A stretch of 64,000 bases of DNA, from NCBI GenBank assembly GCA_963707935.1, contig CAVPRN010000002.1:176542-240541 (forward strand), written 5' to 3'. A program made the position numbers and the translations under genes. Below are positions 20,265 through 31,227 of the stretch, piece by piece; within the stretch, counting starts at the first letter, position 1, and each line of letters begins with the position of its first letter. Below the pieces are notes generated by a model. That model worked only from the letters and a program-made list of their open reading frames with translations, had not been told where the DNA came from and made no database searches. This stretch comes from an uncultured Acidobacteriota bacterium. GTDB lineage: Bacteria > Acidobacteriota > Thermoanaerobaculia > UBA5066 > Gp7-AA6.

Positions 20265-22345
20265 TGGGACGGTGGCCGGCGGCGCGAAACGCCGGCCACT
20301 CGCGCTCGGCCGACAAGAAAGCGTTCGCGGCGGCGCTGCTCGGCGGCGTTCTCCTCCCGGCGGCCGCCGGCGCCGTCACCGCCGCCGGCCGGGGCATCGA
20401 GCTCGAGTTCGACGCCCGGCTGCACAGCCGCGTCGTCGCCGTCCTGGACGGGAATCGGATCGAGCTCGGCCCCTTCTCCGCCTCCGAGACGGTGACGGCG
20501 GCCGGGGCCGAGCGGCTCGATTTCGAGCTCGTCGATCAGAGCGAGGAGGCCGTCTCGGATGCGATCGGGACCGGGCGCCGGCACCGGCTCGTCGGACGCG
20601 CGTCCGATCTCGAGAAGACAATCGAGATCACCTTCTACGACGACTGGCCGCAGGTGGCCGTGATGCAGTCGGTCTATTCGAACCGTGGGGACAAGCCGGT
20701 CGCGATCGAGGCGTGGACGCAGAATCTCTACGCGATCTCAGCCGCCGCCGGCGCCCCCGAGCCCGCGTTCTGGTCCTATCAGAGCGGCTCCTACGAGAAA
20801 CGACCCGATTGGGTGCTGCCGCTCCGCGTCGGCTTCCGGCAGGACAACTTCCAGGGGATGAACGCCGACGACTACGGTGGCGGGACGCCGGTCGCCGACG
20901 TCTGGAGGCGCGACGTCGGGCTGGCCGTGGGCCATCTCGAACTCGTGCCGAAGAGCGTCTCGCTGCCGGTCGCCCGGCCGACCCGGGACCGTGCGACGCT
21001 CGGGATCCGCGACGCCGTCGGGCGAACCCTCGCGCCGGGCGAGCGGCTGACGACGCTCCGGACCTTCGTCGCGGTCCACCGCGGCGATTACTTTCCGGCG
21101 CTCGTCGCCTACCGGCGGCTCATGCTGCGCCAGGGCGTGCGACTGCCGTCGGCGCCGCCCGCCGCCTTCGAGCCGATCTGGTGCGCGTGGGGCTACGGGC
21201 GAGAGTTCACGCCGGAACAGGTCCTGGCGACGATCCCGCTCGCGCAGAAGCTCGGCTTCGGCTGGGTCACGCTCGACGACGGCTGGCAGGTGGCCGAAGG
21301 CGACTGGACGCCGGTGCCGTCGAAGTTTCCGCGCGGCGACGCCGACATGAAGGCGTTCGTGGACCGCATCCACGCCGCCGGGATGCGAGCGCAGCTCTGG
21401 TGGACTCCGCTCGCGGCCGATCCGGGATCGCGGACCGCGCGAGACCACCCCGAGTGGCTGCTTCGCAATCGGGACGGCTCGACCCGGAAGATCAGCTGGT
21501 GGGACTCGTTCTACCTCTGCCCGGCGCTCGACGGCGTGCGCGACGACGCGCGGGCGTTCGTCCGCAAGGCGCTCGGCGAGTGGGGCTTCGACGGCCTGAA
21601 GATCGACGGCCAGCACCTGAACGGCGCGCCCCCCTGCTACGACGCCGCCCACGGGCACGCGTCGCCCGAGGACGCGCCGGAGGGCGTCCCCGGCTTCTTC
21701 CGCGCGATCTGGGACGAGGCCATCGCGACGCGCGCCGATGCGGTCGTCGAGATCTGCCCGTGCGGCACGGCCTACTCCTTCTTCACCCTGCCGTACCTGA
21801 ACATGACCGTCGCATCCGATCCGGAGAGCTCGTGGCAGGTGCGGTTGAAGGGCAAGACGCTGAAGGCCCTGCACGGGGACTCGATCGCCTATTTCGGCGA
21901 CCACGTCGAGCTCTCGACCGGCGGCGAGGATTTCGCCTCCACCTTCGGCGTCGGCGGCGTCGTGGGCACGAACTTCGCGTGGCCGGGAGCGCCGGGCAAG
22001 AAGGACAAGAAGCTCCTGCTCACCCCCGAGCGGGAGAAGAAGTGGGCCTTCTGGGTGAAGCTCTACCGGGAGAAGCGGCTCTCGGCGGGCGAGTATCTGG
22101 GCTCGCTGTACGACATCGGCTTCGACCGGCCCGAGACGCACGCGATCCGCAAGGGGGACGCCCTCTACTACGCCTTCTACGCCGGCCGCTTCGGCGGGAA
22201 AGTGGAGCTGCGCGGGCTCGAGAACCGGCGCTACCGCGTGCGCGACTACGAGACGGGCCGCGATCTCGGGTCCGTCGAGGGGCCGAAGGCGAGCCTCGCG
22301 CTCTCCTTCAAGCATCACCTGCTTCTGGAGGCACTGCCCGAGTAG
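20264..22345 (+). CDS. glycoside hydrolase, alpha-galactosidase / alpha-N-acetylgalactosaminidase-like (GH27/GH36 clan)
   Basis: ATG overlaps the TBDR stop (TGATG). Signal-like N-terminus. Motifs WCAWGYG, GFGWVTLDDGWQ and GLKIDGQH typical of melibiase-type TIM barrels. Confidence 0.7.
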   Translation: MGRWPAARNAGHSRSADKKAFAAALLGGVLLPAAAGAVTAAGRGIELEFDARLHSRVVAVLDGNRIELGPFSASETVTAAGAERLDFELVDQSEEAVSDAIGTGRRHRLVGRASDLEKTIEITFYDDWPQVAVMQSVYSNRGDKPVAIEAWTQNLYAISAAAGAPEPAFWSYQSGSYEKRPDWVLPLRVGFRQDNFQGMNADDYGGGTPVADVWRRDVGLAVGHLELVPKSVSLPVARPTRDRATLGIRDAVGRTLAPGERLTTLRTFVAVHRGDYFPALVAYRRLMLRQGVRLPSAPPAAFEPIWCAWGYGREFTPEQVLATIPLAQKLGFGWVTLDDGWQVAEGDWTPVPSKFPRGDADMKAFVDRIHAAGMRAQLWWTPLAADPGSRTARDHPEWLLRNRDGSTRKISWWDSFYLCPALDGVRDDARAFVRKALGEWGFDGLKIDGQHLNGAPPCYDAAHGHASPEDAPEGVPGFFRAIWDEAIATRADAVVEICPCGTAYSFFTLPYLNMTVASDPESSWQVRLKGKTLKALHGDSIAYFGDHVELSTGGEDFASTFGVGGVVGTNFAWPGAPGKKDKKLLLTPEREKKWAFWVKLYREKRLSAGEYLGSLYDIGFDRPETHAIRKGDALYYAFYAGRFGGKVELRGLENRRYRVRDYETGRDLGSVEGPKASLALSFKHHLLLEALPE

Positions 22346-22351
22346 CAGCGC

Positions 22352-22463
22352 CGCGGGAGCGCGCGCGCAGCTCGGGATCAGGCCAGCCGTCGAGCCCTTT
22401 TGGGCGAGCGGCCGGCCGGTGCGCCCGCGGGGCGCAGATCCCGAGCGAAGCGCGAGCGACGGA
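22352..22463 (+). repeat. structured intergenic repeat element, copy A (3' two-thirds only)
   Basis: Shares ..cgtcgagccc(c)tttgggcgagcgg..ccggtgcgcc..gcgcaga.cccgagc.aagc..gcgacgg with copies at 42016-42178 and 45815-45971. Confidence 0.75.
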
Positions 22464-24041
22464 TTAACCGACGCCGCGCGTCCGCCGCAGCTCGCAGCGA
22501 CCCGTCCGGCTCGAGCTTCTGCTGACAGGCCCAGCGGACCGGGTGGCGCGTGCCCTTGACCTCGAGCTCGGCCGAGAGCCGGAGCCCCTCCCACGCGGTC
22601 CCGTGCGGCAGCGGCAGCCGCGCCTGCCGGATCTTCCCCGGGATCGGCCAGCCGGGATCGAGGCCGCCGGCGACGAGGACCCTCCCTTCGCCGTCGCGGA
22701 CCGTGACGCGAAGGACGCCCGGGACGCCGGCGATGCCGTCGTTGGCGAAGCCGATCACGAGCCCGTTCTGGCCTTTCCCGTCGTAGGACCAGATCCACGA
22801 CGGGCGCACGCGGTAGCCGATCCGCCGGGCGATCTCGTCGATCTTCTCCGGATACTGCCGGTAGTAGCGGAGCACGTTCTCGGCTCTCTCGTTGTGCCAG
22901 TTCCAGAGCGACCAGTAGTTGGCACCGAGGTCGAGGACGTGGGCGATGGCGTTGTCGGTCGAGGTCACGCCCTCGTCGAGCTCGAGCGAGTCGGGCGTCC
23001 CGTCGGCCATCGAGACTTCGAGAATCGCGGCGACCCAGGGAGGCCGGTTGCTCAGCGCCTCGATCTGCTCGTTCTCGATGAAGACCGTGTCGGTCCGGAG
23101 CCAGTTGTGGCTGCGGATCGTGCGGTCCACGATCTCCGAGTTGCCGACGCGGCTCCAGTCGGGCTGCGTGTTCGTGACGAGCGGGGTCTTCTTCCAGTTC
23201 TCGAGCTGGACCTCGAACATGCGCACGAAGGTGCGCTCCGCGGTGGCGTCGTCCGGGAAGGGGTGATTCGTGAACGGCCACGTGTGCCCTTCGCCCCAGA
23301 AGCCGTACAGGAAGGTGTCGAGGTACTCGACCTGCGGGTTGCCGTCGAGCTCGGCCGCGAGCAGCGCGTTCAGCTCCCGGAAGGCCTCCTGGAAGAAGGG
23401 GTCGTCGTAGCGCGGCTCTTCGTAGAAGGCGGGCTGCCGCGCGCCCTCGCGTCCGCTCCGCTTCCACTCGCCCTGCAGATCGCACCATGGGGACGCGCTC
23501 GAGGACGAAATCCGGCAGCGCCGGCCCCGCGATGTCCGGGCTTCCCATCATCACGCGGAAGCCGACGCGCTTCCCGTACTGCTTCGCCGCGGCGAAGGTC
23601 GCCTTCCAGTAATCCTCGGGGTCGAGCCGGCCGGGCCTCTTCTGGAGCTCGCGCCAGGTCGGGCGCACGTAGAGCTTCTGCCCCAGAGGGATCCGCGCGA
23701 GCGCGTCGATCTCCTTCTCCATGTCGAGGCCGCGGAAGGTCGCGGCGCCGTAGTCCCCCGTGACATACGTGACGAGCCCCATGCCGTATCCCGGCACGAC
23801 CTCGCGCGAGGGAGTCGTCGCCATGACGACCTCGGAGCCGGGGAGCACTTCCTCCGGCGGGTACTGCGGGAACGGCCCCTGATTCAGCCGGTCCGGGACG
23901 GGAGGCGCCGTGCCCCAGTCGTAGCCGTCCCAGCGGTGCGCGGGGACGAACGCCGAAGCGGCGCGGGGCGCGGCCATCGGCGCCGGCTCCCGCCGCGCCG
24001 AGTCGAAAGAAGTCTCTCCGGTCCACGCCGCCTCCCCTCAC
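22378..24041 (-). CDS. TAT-exported hypothetical protein (possible glycoside-hydrolase-like), with at least 2 frameshifts
   Basis: Twin-arginine signal VDRRDFFRLGAAGAGA in one frame joins MAAPRAASAFVPAHRWDGYDWG.. (shift ~23978). A second shift at ~23497 (LERVP|WCDLQGEWKR) joins to the 282 aa C-terminal ORF. The low-complexity C-terminal tail overlaps repeat copy A and may not be coding. Confidence 0.45.
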
Positions 24042-24060
24042 TCGAATCGCGAAACGGTTC

Positions 24061-25203
24061 TCAAGGGCGAGGCCGGCGGCGAAGGAGCTCGTCGGCGTTT
24101 TCGACGTAGATGCGGCGAAGGATCGCCGGCGGCAGATTCATGCCGTAGCCGCGCCACCACTCGGCGTCGGCGGGCCAGAACCACTCGTCCTCGGTCTCGA
24201 GCTGCCGGACGTGCGCCGCGTACATGCCGAACGTCGGGTCGTTGTCCGTCCCGAAGAGGATCCGGCTCGCGTACGCGTCGAAGAAGCGGCGGGCCGAGAA
24301 AGGCTGCCGCGCGAGCTCCCACATGCGCGCCGCAAAGTCGATCTGCACGTTCGGGTGGCGGTCGAGGATCTGCCCGACCTGCCCGAGGTCGTTGGCGAGA
24401 TTGAAGGCGTGCACCGCGACGAAGCGGGTCCCGGGATGCCGCGAAAGCACGCGCTCGAACTTCTCGAGCATCGCGGCGAAGCCCGGGGTCCCCTTGCCGG
24501 AGAGCGACCAGTTGCCGGAGCGGCGCAGCTCGTTCTTCCCGTCGGGCGCGTCGTAGAACGCCGCCGGCTCGGCGATGTGGACGAACACGGGGATTCCGAC
24601 GCGGCCCGCTTCGTCCCACAGCGGATCGAAACGCGGGTCGTCGATGAAGTACGCGCGCTCGCCGACGCGGACGAATCCCTGGCCCTTGTCGGTCAGCTCT
24701 CCCAGCGCGACCGCGCCCGCCGCGACGTCTGCGCGCACCGCCCGCCGCAGGCGCTCGCCGTAGTCGGCCGCCTCGACGCCCTCCTTCTCCATGCCGGCCC
24801 CCATCGCGAAACGGCCCGGATGGGCGCCGGCGTAGCGGGCCGAGATCGCCCGGAATTTCGCTCCCGTCTCGCCGGTCAGGATCAGAGACGTCCGAACGCC
24901 GATTCGGTCCATGAGCGCGACCCATGCGGCGATCTGCTCGGGCGTCTCCGCGTAGGCATGGCTGTGGACGTCGACGACGGGGACGAGGAATCGCTCGATC
25001 TTCGTTCGCGGCACGACCAGCCGGCTCTCCGCCTGCCCCGGCGAGAAGCAGTCGCCGTCGGGAAGGTCCTCCGGTCCGTGTTCCTCGTCGGCGCTCGCGA
25101 TGGCTGCCGCCGGCGCCGGAGTCGGAGCGGGCGGCGCCTGCCGGCCGGCCGCGGCGCCGGCGAGGACCAGAGCGAGGAGAAGCGCCAGGGCCGCGGCTTT
25201 CAT
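24061..25203 (-). CDS. amidohydrolase-2 family metal-dependent hydrolase, secreted
   Basis: Signal peptide MKAAALALLLALVLAGAAAG, HSH motif (VVDVHSHA) and a TIM-barrel hydrolase pattern. ATGA overlap with the upstream PfkB gene. Confidence 0.75.
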   Translation of the reverse strand: MKAAALALLLALVLAGAAAGRQAPPAPTPAPAAAIASADEEHGPEDLPDGDCFSPGQAESRLVVPRTKIERFLVPVVDVHSHAYAETPEQIAAWVALMDRIGVRTSLILTGETGAKFRAISARYAGAHPGRFAMGAGMEKEGVEAADYGERLRRAVRADVAAGAVALGELTDKGQGFVRVGERAYFIDDPRFDPLWDEAGRVGIPVFVHIAEPAAFYDAPDGKNELRRSGNWSLSGKGTPGFAAMLEKFERVLSRHPGTRFVAVHAFNLANDLGQVGQILDRHPNVQIDFAARMWELARQPFSARRFFDAYASRILFGTDNDPTFGMYAAHVRQLETEDEWFWPADAEWWRGYGMNLPPAILRRIYVENADELLRRRPRP

Positions 25204-26113
25204 CCCTGCGCCGCCAGGAGGGCCCGGGCCTCGGCGAGGTCGGCTTGCGTCGCCGTGCCGCCGAGACCGCGGGTCGAAAGGGAGCCGCACGCGACGCCGA
25301 GCCGCAGGCAATCCGCGAGTGCGGCGCCGGAGAGCCAGGCGTGGAGAAAGCCGGCGTCGAACGAATCGCCGGCGCCCGTCGTGTCGGTCACCGCGACCCG
25401 CGGCGCGGGAACGTGGACGAGCCGGCCGTCGTCGTCGATCGCCATCGCCCCCTCGGCGCCGAGCTTCGCGACGATGCGCGCGGAGCCGCGCTGCAGCCAC
25501 CGCACGGCCTCCTCGGGCCGGTCTCGACCCGTCAGCGCGCGGAGCTCCACCTCGTTGGGGAAGAAGACGTCGACGTCGGCGAGCGTCTCGAGGAGGTCCG
25601 GCTCCCATTTCTCGCTCGGGTCGAAGCCCGGGTCGAGCGAGGTCGTGAGATTCGCCGCCCGCGCCTCCCGGAAGAGCTTCCGGACTCCCGGGCGGAGCCC
25701 CGCCTGGAGGTAGTAGGAGGAGACGTGGAGGTGCGCGGCTCCCGGGAAGAGATCCCGCGGGACGTCCTTCTCGGTGAGGGACGCGATCGACCCGAGGAAC
25801 GACACGAGGGCGCGGTCGGTCGGCGACGTGATGGCGACCGTGACCCCCGTCTTCACGGCGGGATCGACGAGCGCGTGCGTCGAGGTCGATGCCCCGCGCG
25901 CGCATGGCGTCGAGGCAGAAGTGCCCGGAGGGGTCGTCGCCGACCTTTGCCGAAGAAGACGACCGGCGTCCCGAGGCGCGCGAGCCCCATGGCGCAGATC
26001 GCCGACGCGCTGCCGAGGACCATCTGGAAGTCGTCGACGAGGACTTCGCGCCCGGGGGACGGGAAGGCGTGGTACCCCTGGCAGATCAGGTCGATGTTGA
26101 TCTCACCGACCAC
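25200..26113 (-). CDS. PfkB-family carbohydrate kinase, with two frameshifts near the N-terminus
   Basis: C-terminal DTTGAGDSF anion hole, N-terminal VVGEINIDL, GGSASAICAMGLARLG. Frames switch at ~25935 and ~25880. GGGAGG Shine-Dalgarno and GTG start. Confidence 0.7.
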
Positions 26114-26134
26114 GAGGACGCGCTTCGGCCTCCC

Positions 26135-27314
26135 CTATTCGTCGGCATGGATCGCGAAGCTCTCGACGACACGGCGGATGACTCCCTCGGAGGGGGAATC
26201 GGGCCGGCCGCCTCCGTGGAGACACCGGAAGAAGGCGAGCAGCTGCCCGGCCACGGCGTCGAGGAGCGCCAGTTCCCCGTCGTCGAAGGGTCGTTCCCCG
26301 CCGTTCACCTCGAGGCGGACGTCCTCGGGCTCCGGGGCGAGCTCCGGCGGGATCCGCTCGCCGACGACGAGACGCCAGCGGCCGAGCCCTTTGCGCCGCA
26401 GCTCGAGGAGGACGTCCCGCTCGTAGGCGCGGACGACGGGGTCGCTCGAAAGGAACGCCACGAGGAGGCTCTCCTCGCCGACCGCCGCCATCGGACCGTG
26501 GCGGAGACCGAGGAACGAATCGGCGATCGTGACCACGCGGCCGCCGTTCGATTCGAGCATCTTCAAGGCCGACTCGTGGGCTGACGCGAGACGGCCGCCG
26601 CTCCCGAGGTAGACGACGGAGGAGTAGGCGCGCCGGGCGAGCGCCGCGAGGTCGTCGGCGCGCTCGAGGAGCAGCGCCCGCGCGGCGGCGGCCAGATCGC
26701 TCCGCGCTCTCGAGGGAGCGCTCGGCCCGCGCGGCCAGCGAGCGGGCGGCGAGAACGAGATTCGTGAAGCTGCTCGTCATGACCAGACTCTGGTCGTTCG
26801 TTTCGGGCGGGAGCACGACCGACTCGATGCGCGGCGTCGAGCCGAAGCGCCGGGTGAGCGCGCCCTCCCGATTGCAGGAGATCAGGAGCTGCTCGGAGCG
26901 CTCGTCCTCGAGAAGACGCTCGACGACGGCGGCGCTCTCGGGGCTGTCCCCGGAGCGGGCGAGCGACACGGCGACGTACCGGCCCGAGGGCGGAAGGGTC
27001 GCGCGCGGATGCGTCAGGAGGAGACCCGCCGGCAGAGCGCGGACCGCGACGCCGAGCGTTTCCTGGAGCGACACGGCCGCGCACTCGCCGGCGAAGCAGG
27101 AGCTGCCGGAGCCGGTCAAAAGGAGCGAGCCCGAACGGTCCCGGATGCCGCCGCCGTGAGCGCCCTCTCGATTCGATCGGCGGCGGCCGCCATCGTTGCT
27201 CGCGGTGCGCGGCCAGGTGAGCGGCTGCTGGCAGATTTCGCGGAGCGTGTGGCCGTATCCGCGCTCGAGCTGTGCCGCCCGGGGAACGTCGAGGAGCGGG
27301 GCGAACGCCGGCAC
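26135..27314 (-). CDS. SIS-domain sugar isomerase/deaminase (AgaS / GlmS-C-like), frameshifted
   Basis: N-terminus ..TLREICQQPLTW.., first SIS domain LLLTGSGSSCFAGE..VAVSLARSGDSPES, C-terminal SIS half in ORF 26135-26566. Frame break ~26600-26700. Start approximate. Confidence 0.6.
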
Positions 27315-27480
27315 GGCCGCGAGGCGAGCGAGCCACGCGTCGATTCGCGCCCGAAGCGTCCCCTTCCATGGCGTCGGCGGTCCGACGCCGGAGGTCGTGA
27401 TCGGCCTCGTTCACCGCTCCTCCGCTCGAGCCGGTTTTCTCGACAATCGCCGGGAGCGAAGTCTAGAATAGGAGGAAAGC

Positions 27481-28325
27481 ATGCACAACTGTACGAAATC
27501 AAACGAAAACTGGCCGGATACCCGGTGAAAGCCGGGGGCGTCCTGCGGCAGCGGCCGCCGCTCTTCCTGGAGGAGCGCCGCTCCCGCATCAGCGATTTCA
27601 TCGAGTCGCACGAGCGCGCCACCGTCCGGGAGCTCGCCACCCATTTCGGGGTTTCGGCGGTGACGATCCGGAGCGACCTCGACGCGCTCGCCCGGGCCGG
27701 GGGCGTCATGCGGTCGCACGGCGGGGCCATGCGCCGGGAAGAGGCCGAGGACATGCCGCTCGGGCTCAAGCAGACGCTCCACCGGGGCGAGAAGGTGCGC
27801 ATCGCACAGGCGGCGGCCCGGATGATCCGCGACGGCGAGACGATCATCCTGGACTCCGGCACGACGACGGCGCGGATCGCCGCCCGGATCGGCGGCCTCA
27901 AGCTGCGCTCGCTCACCGTGATCACCAACGCGCTCAACATCGCCACCGCTCTCGCGCACCTGTCGAACGTCCGCCTGATCATCATCGGCGGGCTGCTCCG
28001 GCAGGTCTCGTCCTCGCTCGTCGGGCCGCAGGCCGAGCAGGTGCTGCGCGGGCTGCATGCCGACCGGCTGTTTCTCGGCGTGGACAGCCTCGATCCCGAG
28101 ATCGGGCTGATGACGCCGGACGTCCTCGAGGCTCAGCTGAATGCCTTGATGATCGACGTGTCGCACGAGGTCATCGCGGTCGCGGACGCCTCGAAGTTCC
28201 GCCGCCGCAGCCTGTCCGTGATCGCCGGCGTCGAGAAGCTCCACAAGCTCATCACCGACAAGTCCGCCAGCCCCGAGGTCGTGGAGGCGCTGCGCGCGCG
28301 GGGCGTCGAGGTCATTCTGGCCTGA
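27481..28325 (+). CDS. DeoR-family transcriptional regulator
   Basis: AGGAGG Shine-Dalgarno + ATG at 27481 is out of frame with the body by one base. A conservative in-frame GTG start lies at 27525. HTH ..VRELATHFGVSAVTIRSDLDAL.. and a C-terminal DeoR sugar-binding domain. Confidence 0.75.
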
Positions 28326-28381
28326 CGGCGTTCCGGAGGACCGGGGCGCCGCGGCCCGGGCCCGTGAGGAGGCCGGTCGCG

Positions 28382-29240
28382 ATGGAAAACTGGCTCGTCT
28401 ATGCCGTCGTCACGACGCTCTTCTGGGGCGTCTGGGGAGCCCTCATCGAGCTCCCCGAGAAGCGCGGGTTCCCGGCGACGCTCGGCTACGTCGTCTGGTC
28501 GCTGACGATGATCCCGTGCGCCCTGGTGGCGCTCTCCCTGGTTGGCTGGAAGCTCGACGCGGACGCGCGCTCGGTGGCGCTCGGCCTCGCCGCCGGGCTC
28601 CTCGGCGCGGGAGGCCAGCTCGCCCTCTTCGAAGTCGCTGCGCATGGGGCCGGCGTATCTCGTCTTCCCGATCGTGTCGCTCTCGCCGGCGGTCAGCGTC
28701 GTCCTGGCGGTGGCGCTGCTCGGCGAATCGACGACTCCGCGCGTCTGGACGGGCATCGTCCTGGCGCTCATCGCCGTGCCGCTCCTCTCCTATCAGCCCC
28801 CGGGCGGCTCCACCGCGACCCGAGGCCGCCTCTGGCTCTGGCTCGCGCTCGCGGTGTGCCTCGCCTGGGGGATCCAGGCCTACGTGCTGCGGTTCGCCAA
28901 CCAGACGATGAAGAGCGAGAGCATCTTCTTCTACATGGCGGCGACCGGGCTTCTCCTCGCGCCCGTGGCGCTGTGGATGACCGACTTCCGGAAGCCGATC
29001 CACTGGGGACCGCGCGGTCCGATGCTCGCCGCGGCCATCCAGTCTCTGAACTCGATCGGCGCGCTGACCATGGTCTACGCGTTTCGCTACGGGAAGGCGA
29101 TCGTCGTCAGCCCGCTCATCAACGCCGTCGCGCCGGCGATCACGGTCCTGCTCTCGCTCCTCCTCTACCGGACCGTTCCCCACCGGATCGTCCTCCTCGG
29201 CATGACGCTCGCGGCGATCGCGTTCTTCCTGATGGCGTGA
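28382..29240 (+). CDS. DMT (EamA-like) superfamily sugar transporter, frameshift ~28645
   Basis: GAGGAGG Shine-Dalgarno. Ten-TM hydrophobic profile. Two ORFs (28364.. and 28542..) join at ..GGQLALFE|ALRMGPAYL... Confidence 0.65.
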
Positions 29241-29249
29241 GAGCAATCG

Positions 29250-30210
29250 GTGCGCGAGCTGACCGTCGGCAAGCTGCGCGGGCTCTCCCAGTGCTCCGAC
29301 CGGCGGGGCACGCTTTCGATGCTCGCCCTCGACCACCGCAACAACCTGCGCAAGATCCTGCGCCCGGAGGCGCCGGCGGAGGTCGGGGACGCCGAGCTCA
29401 CGGCGTTCAAGCGGGAAGCGGTCGAGGCGCTCGCCGAGGCCGCCACGGCCGTGCTCCTCGACCCGGAGTTCGGCGCGGCGCAGTGCATCGCGAGCGGGTC
29501 GCTGCCCGGCGATCGCGGCCTCGTCGTCGCCCTCGAGAAGACGGGGTACGGCGGCGACGCGCACGCCCGGGAGAGCCGGGTCCTCGCGGACTGGGGCGTC
29601 GCCAAGGCCCGGCGCATGGGCGCGAGCGCGGCGAAGCTCCTCGTCTACTACCATCCGGAGGCGTCCACCGCGCGGGCGATCGAAGAGCTCGTGCGCGACG
29701 TCGCCCTCGAGTGCGCGCGCGAGGACCTGCTCCTCGTGCTCGAGCCGCTCGTCTACAACCCCGAGCGCGGCTCCGGGACGCTTTCGCCGGAATCGCGGAA
29801 GCGCGCGATCCTCGAGGCGGCTCGCCGGCTGGCGGGCCCGGGGGTCGACGTCCTCAAGGCGGAGTTCCCGGCCGTCTCGGCGGACGAGGCGGAGTGGCTC
29901 GAGGCGTGTCGGGAGCTCACCGCCGCGAGCGGGGCGCCCTGGATCCTTCTCTCCGCCGCGGCCGACTTCGAGACGTTTCTGCGCCAGACGGACGTCGCCT
30001 GCCGCGCGCGGAGCCTCGGGCGTCGCCGTGGGGCGGGCGGTCTGGAACGAGGCGCCGCGCCTCGCGGGCGAGGAACGCGCCGCCTTCCTGCGCGGCGAAG
30101 CGCGCCGGCGGATGATGGCCGCCTCGCGCTGCTGTTCCGAGCGCGCGCGACCGTGGTCGACGATCTACGGGGCTCCGGAGATCGACGCGCGGTGGTACGA
30201 GCGCTATTGA
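29250..30210 (+). CDS. tagatose-1,6-bisphosphate aldolase, class I (LacD family), frameshift ~30005
   Basis: LSMLALDHRNNLRK, KAEFP and the overall LacD pattern. The C-terminal 60 aa continue in ORF 30028-30210. Confidence 0.7.
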
Positions 30211-30232
30211 CGGCTCGCGGCGCGGGCAGGCG

Positions 30233-31227
30233 ATGAGCGGAAAGGCGCGCGCCGGGGTCCTCTGCGTGACTCCCAACCCCGCGCTCGATCGGACGCTCGA
30301 GGTTCCGAATCTCCGGCCGGGTGCCGTGATGCGAGCGACGTCGGAGCGCGTCGCGGCCGGCGGGAAGGGCGTCAACGTGGCCCGGGCTCTCAAAGCGCTC
30401 GGGGCCGAGGCCCGTTGCATGGGACCGCTCGGAGGGGCGAACGGGCGGATCCTCGCCGACCTTGCCGCCGCCGAGGGCCTCGAGTCCGCCTGGACCTGGT
30501 GCGAGATCGAGACGCGGAGCTGCCTGATCCTCGTCGACCCCGCGGCGCGCGAGGCCACGGTGATCAACGAAGTGGGGCCGCGGCTCTCCGCCGAGGACTG
30601 GAAGCGCGTCTGCTCCGACGTCCTCGGCGAGGCGGCTCGCGCGGCGGCCGTGTGCTTCAGCGGCAGCCTGCCGCCCGGCGTCCCCCCCGAGGGGCTGGCC
30701 GATCTCTGCCGGTCTCTCGTCGAGTCGGGGCACGCGCCCTGGGTGGATTCGAGCGGTGCCGGCTCTCGTGGCGCTCCTCTCCGTCGCCGGGCCTGCGGCT
30801 GAAGATCAACCGCGAAGAGGCGCAGGAGGCGTTGCGGCCTCCCTCTCGAGCGGCGTCGCCGCGTGCGGGACGGCCGCGCGGCGGCTCCGCGGAGCGCGGG
30901 ATGGCGACCGTCGTGCTGACCCTCGGCGACGAGGGCGCCGTGCTCGCGGCGGCCGAAGGGTGCTGGCACGCGGCGGCGCCGCCCGTCGAGACCGCCAGCG
31001 CCGTCGCGAGCGGCGATTCGTCTCCTCGCCGGGCTCGTGGCGGCGCTCGCCTCCGGGTCGCGACCTGCCCGAAGCACTCTCCTGGGGGGTCGCCGCCGGC
31101 GCCGCCAACGCCCTGGCCGGACGGCGGAGCGCGCTTCTCGCGCGAACAGTTCGAGTCCGGCCCTCGCGCGAGTCGAGCGACGGGCGGTTCCGTAGCGCGC
31201 AGCGCCCGCACCCGGAGCGTGGGCTAA
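30233..31227 (+). CDS. PfkB-family 1-phosphofructokinase / tagatose-6-phosphate kinase (FruK/LacC-like), multiply frameshifted
   Basis: N-terminus VLCVTPNPALDRTLEV, GGKGVNVARALKALG, C-terminal ..GDEGAVL.. and ..ALSWGVAAGAANALA split over three frames. 3' end approximate. Confidence 0.6.

Noticed and set aside
16904-22345. 1813 aa ORF looking like a TBDR-glycosidase fusion
   Set aside because: A frameshift near 20058 drops the true TBDR C-terminus (..RLYF*) into another frame. The ORF then runs by chance into the in-frame GH36 gene, so these are two genes.
27481-27530. 16-codon ORF MHNCTKSNENWPDTR as a leader peptide for the DeoR gene
   Set aside because: Most likely it is the true DeoR start (perfect Shine-Dalgarno + ATG) thrown out of frame by one of the pervasive indels. 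There is no independent evidence for a leader peptide.
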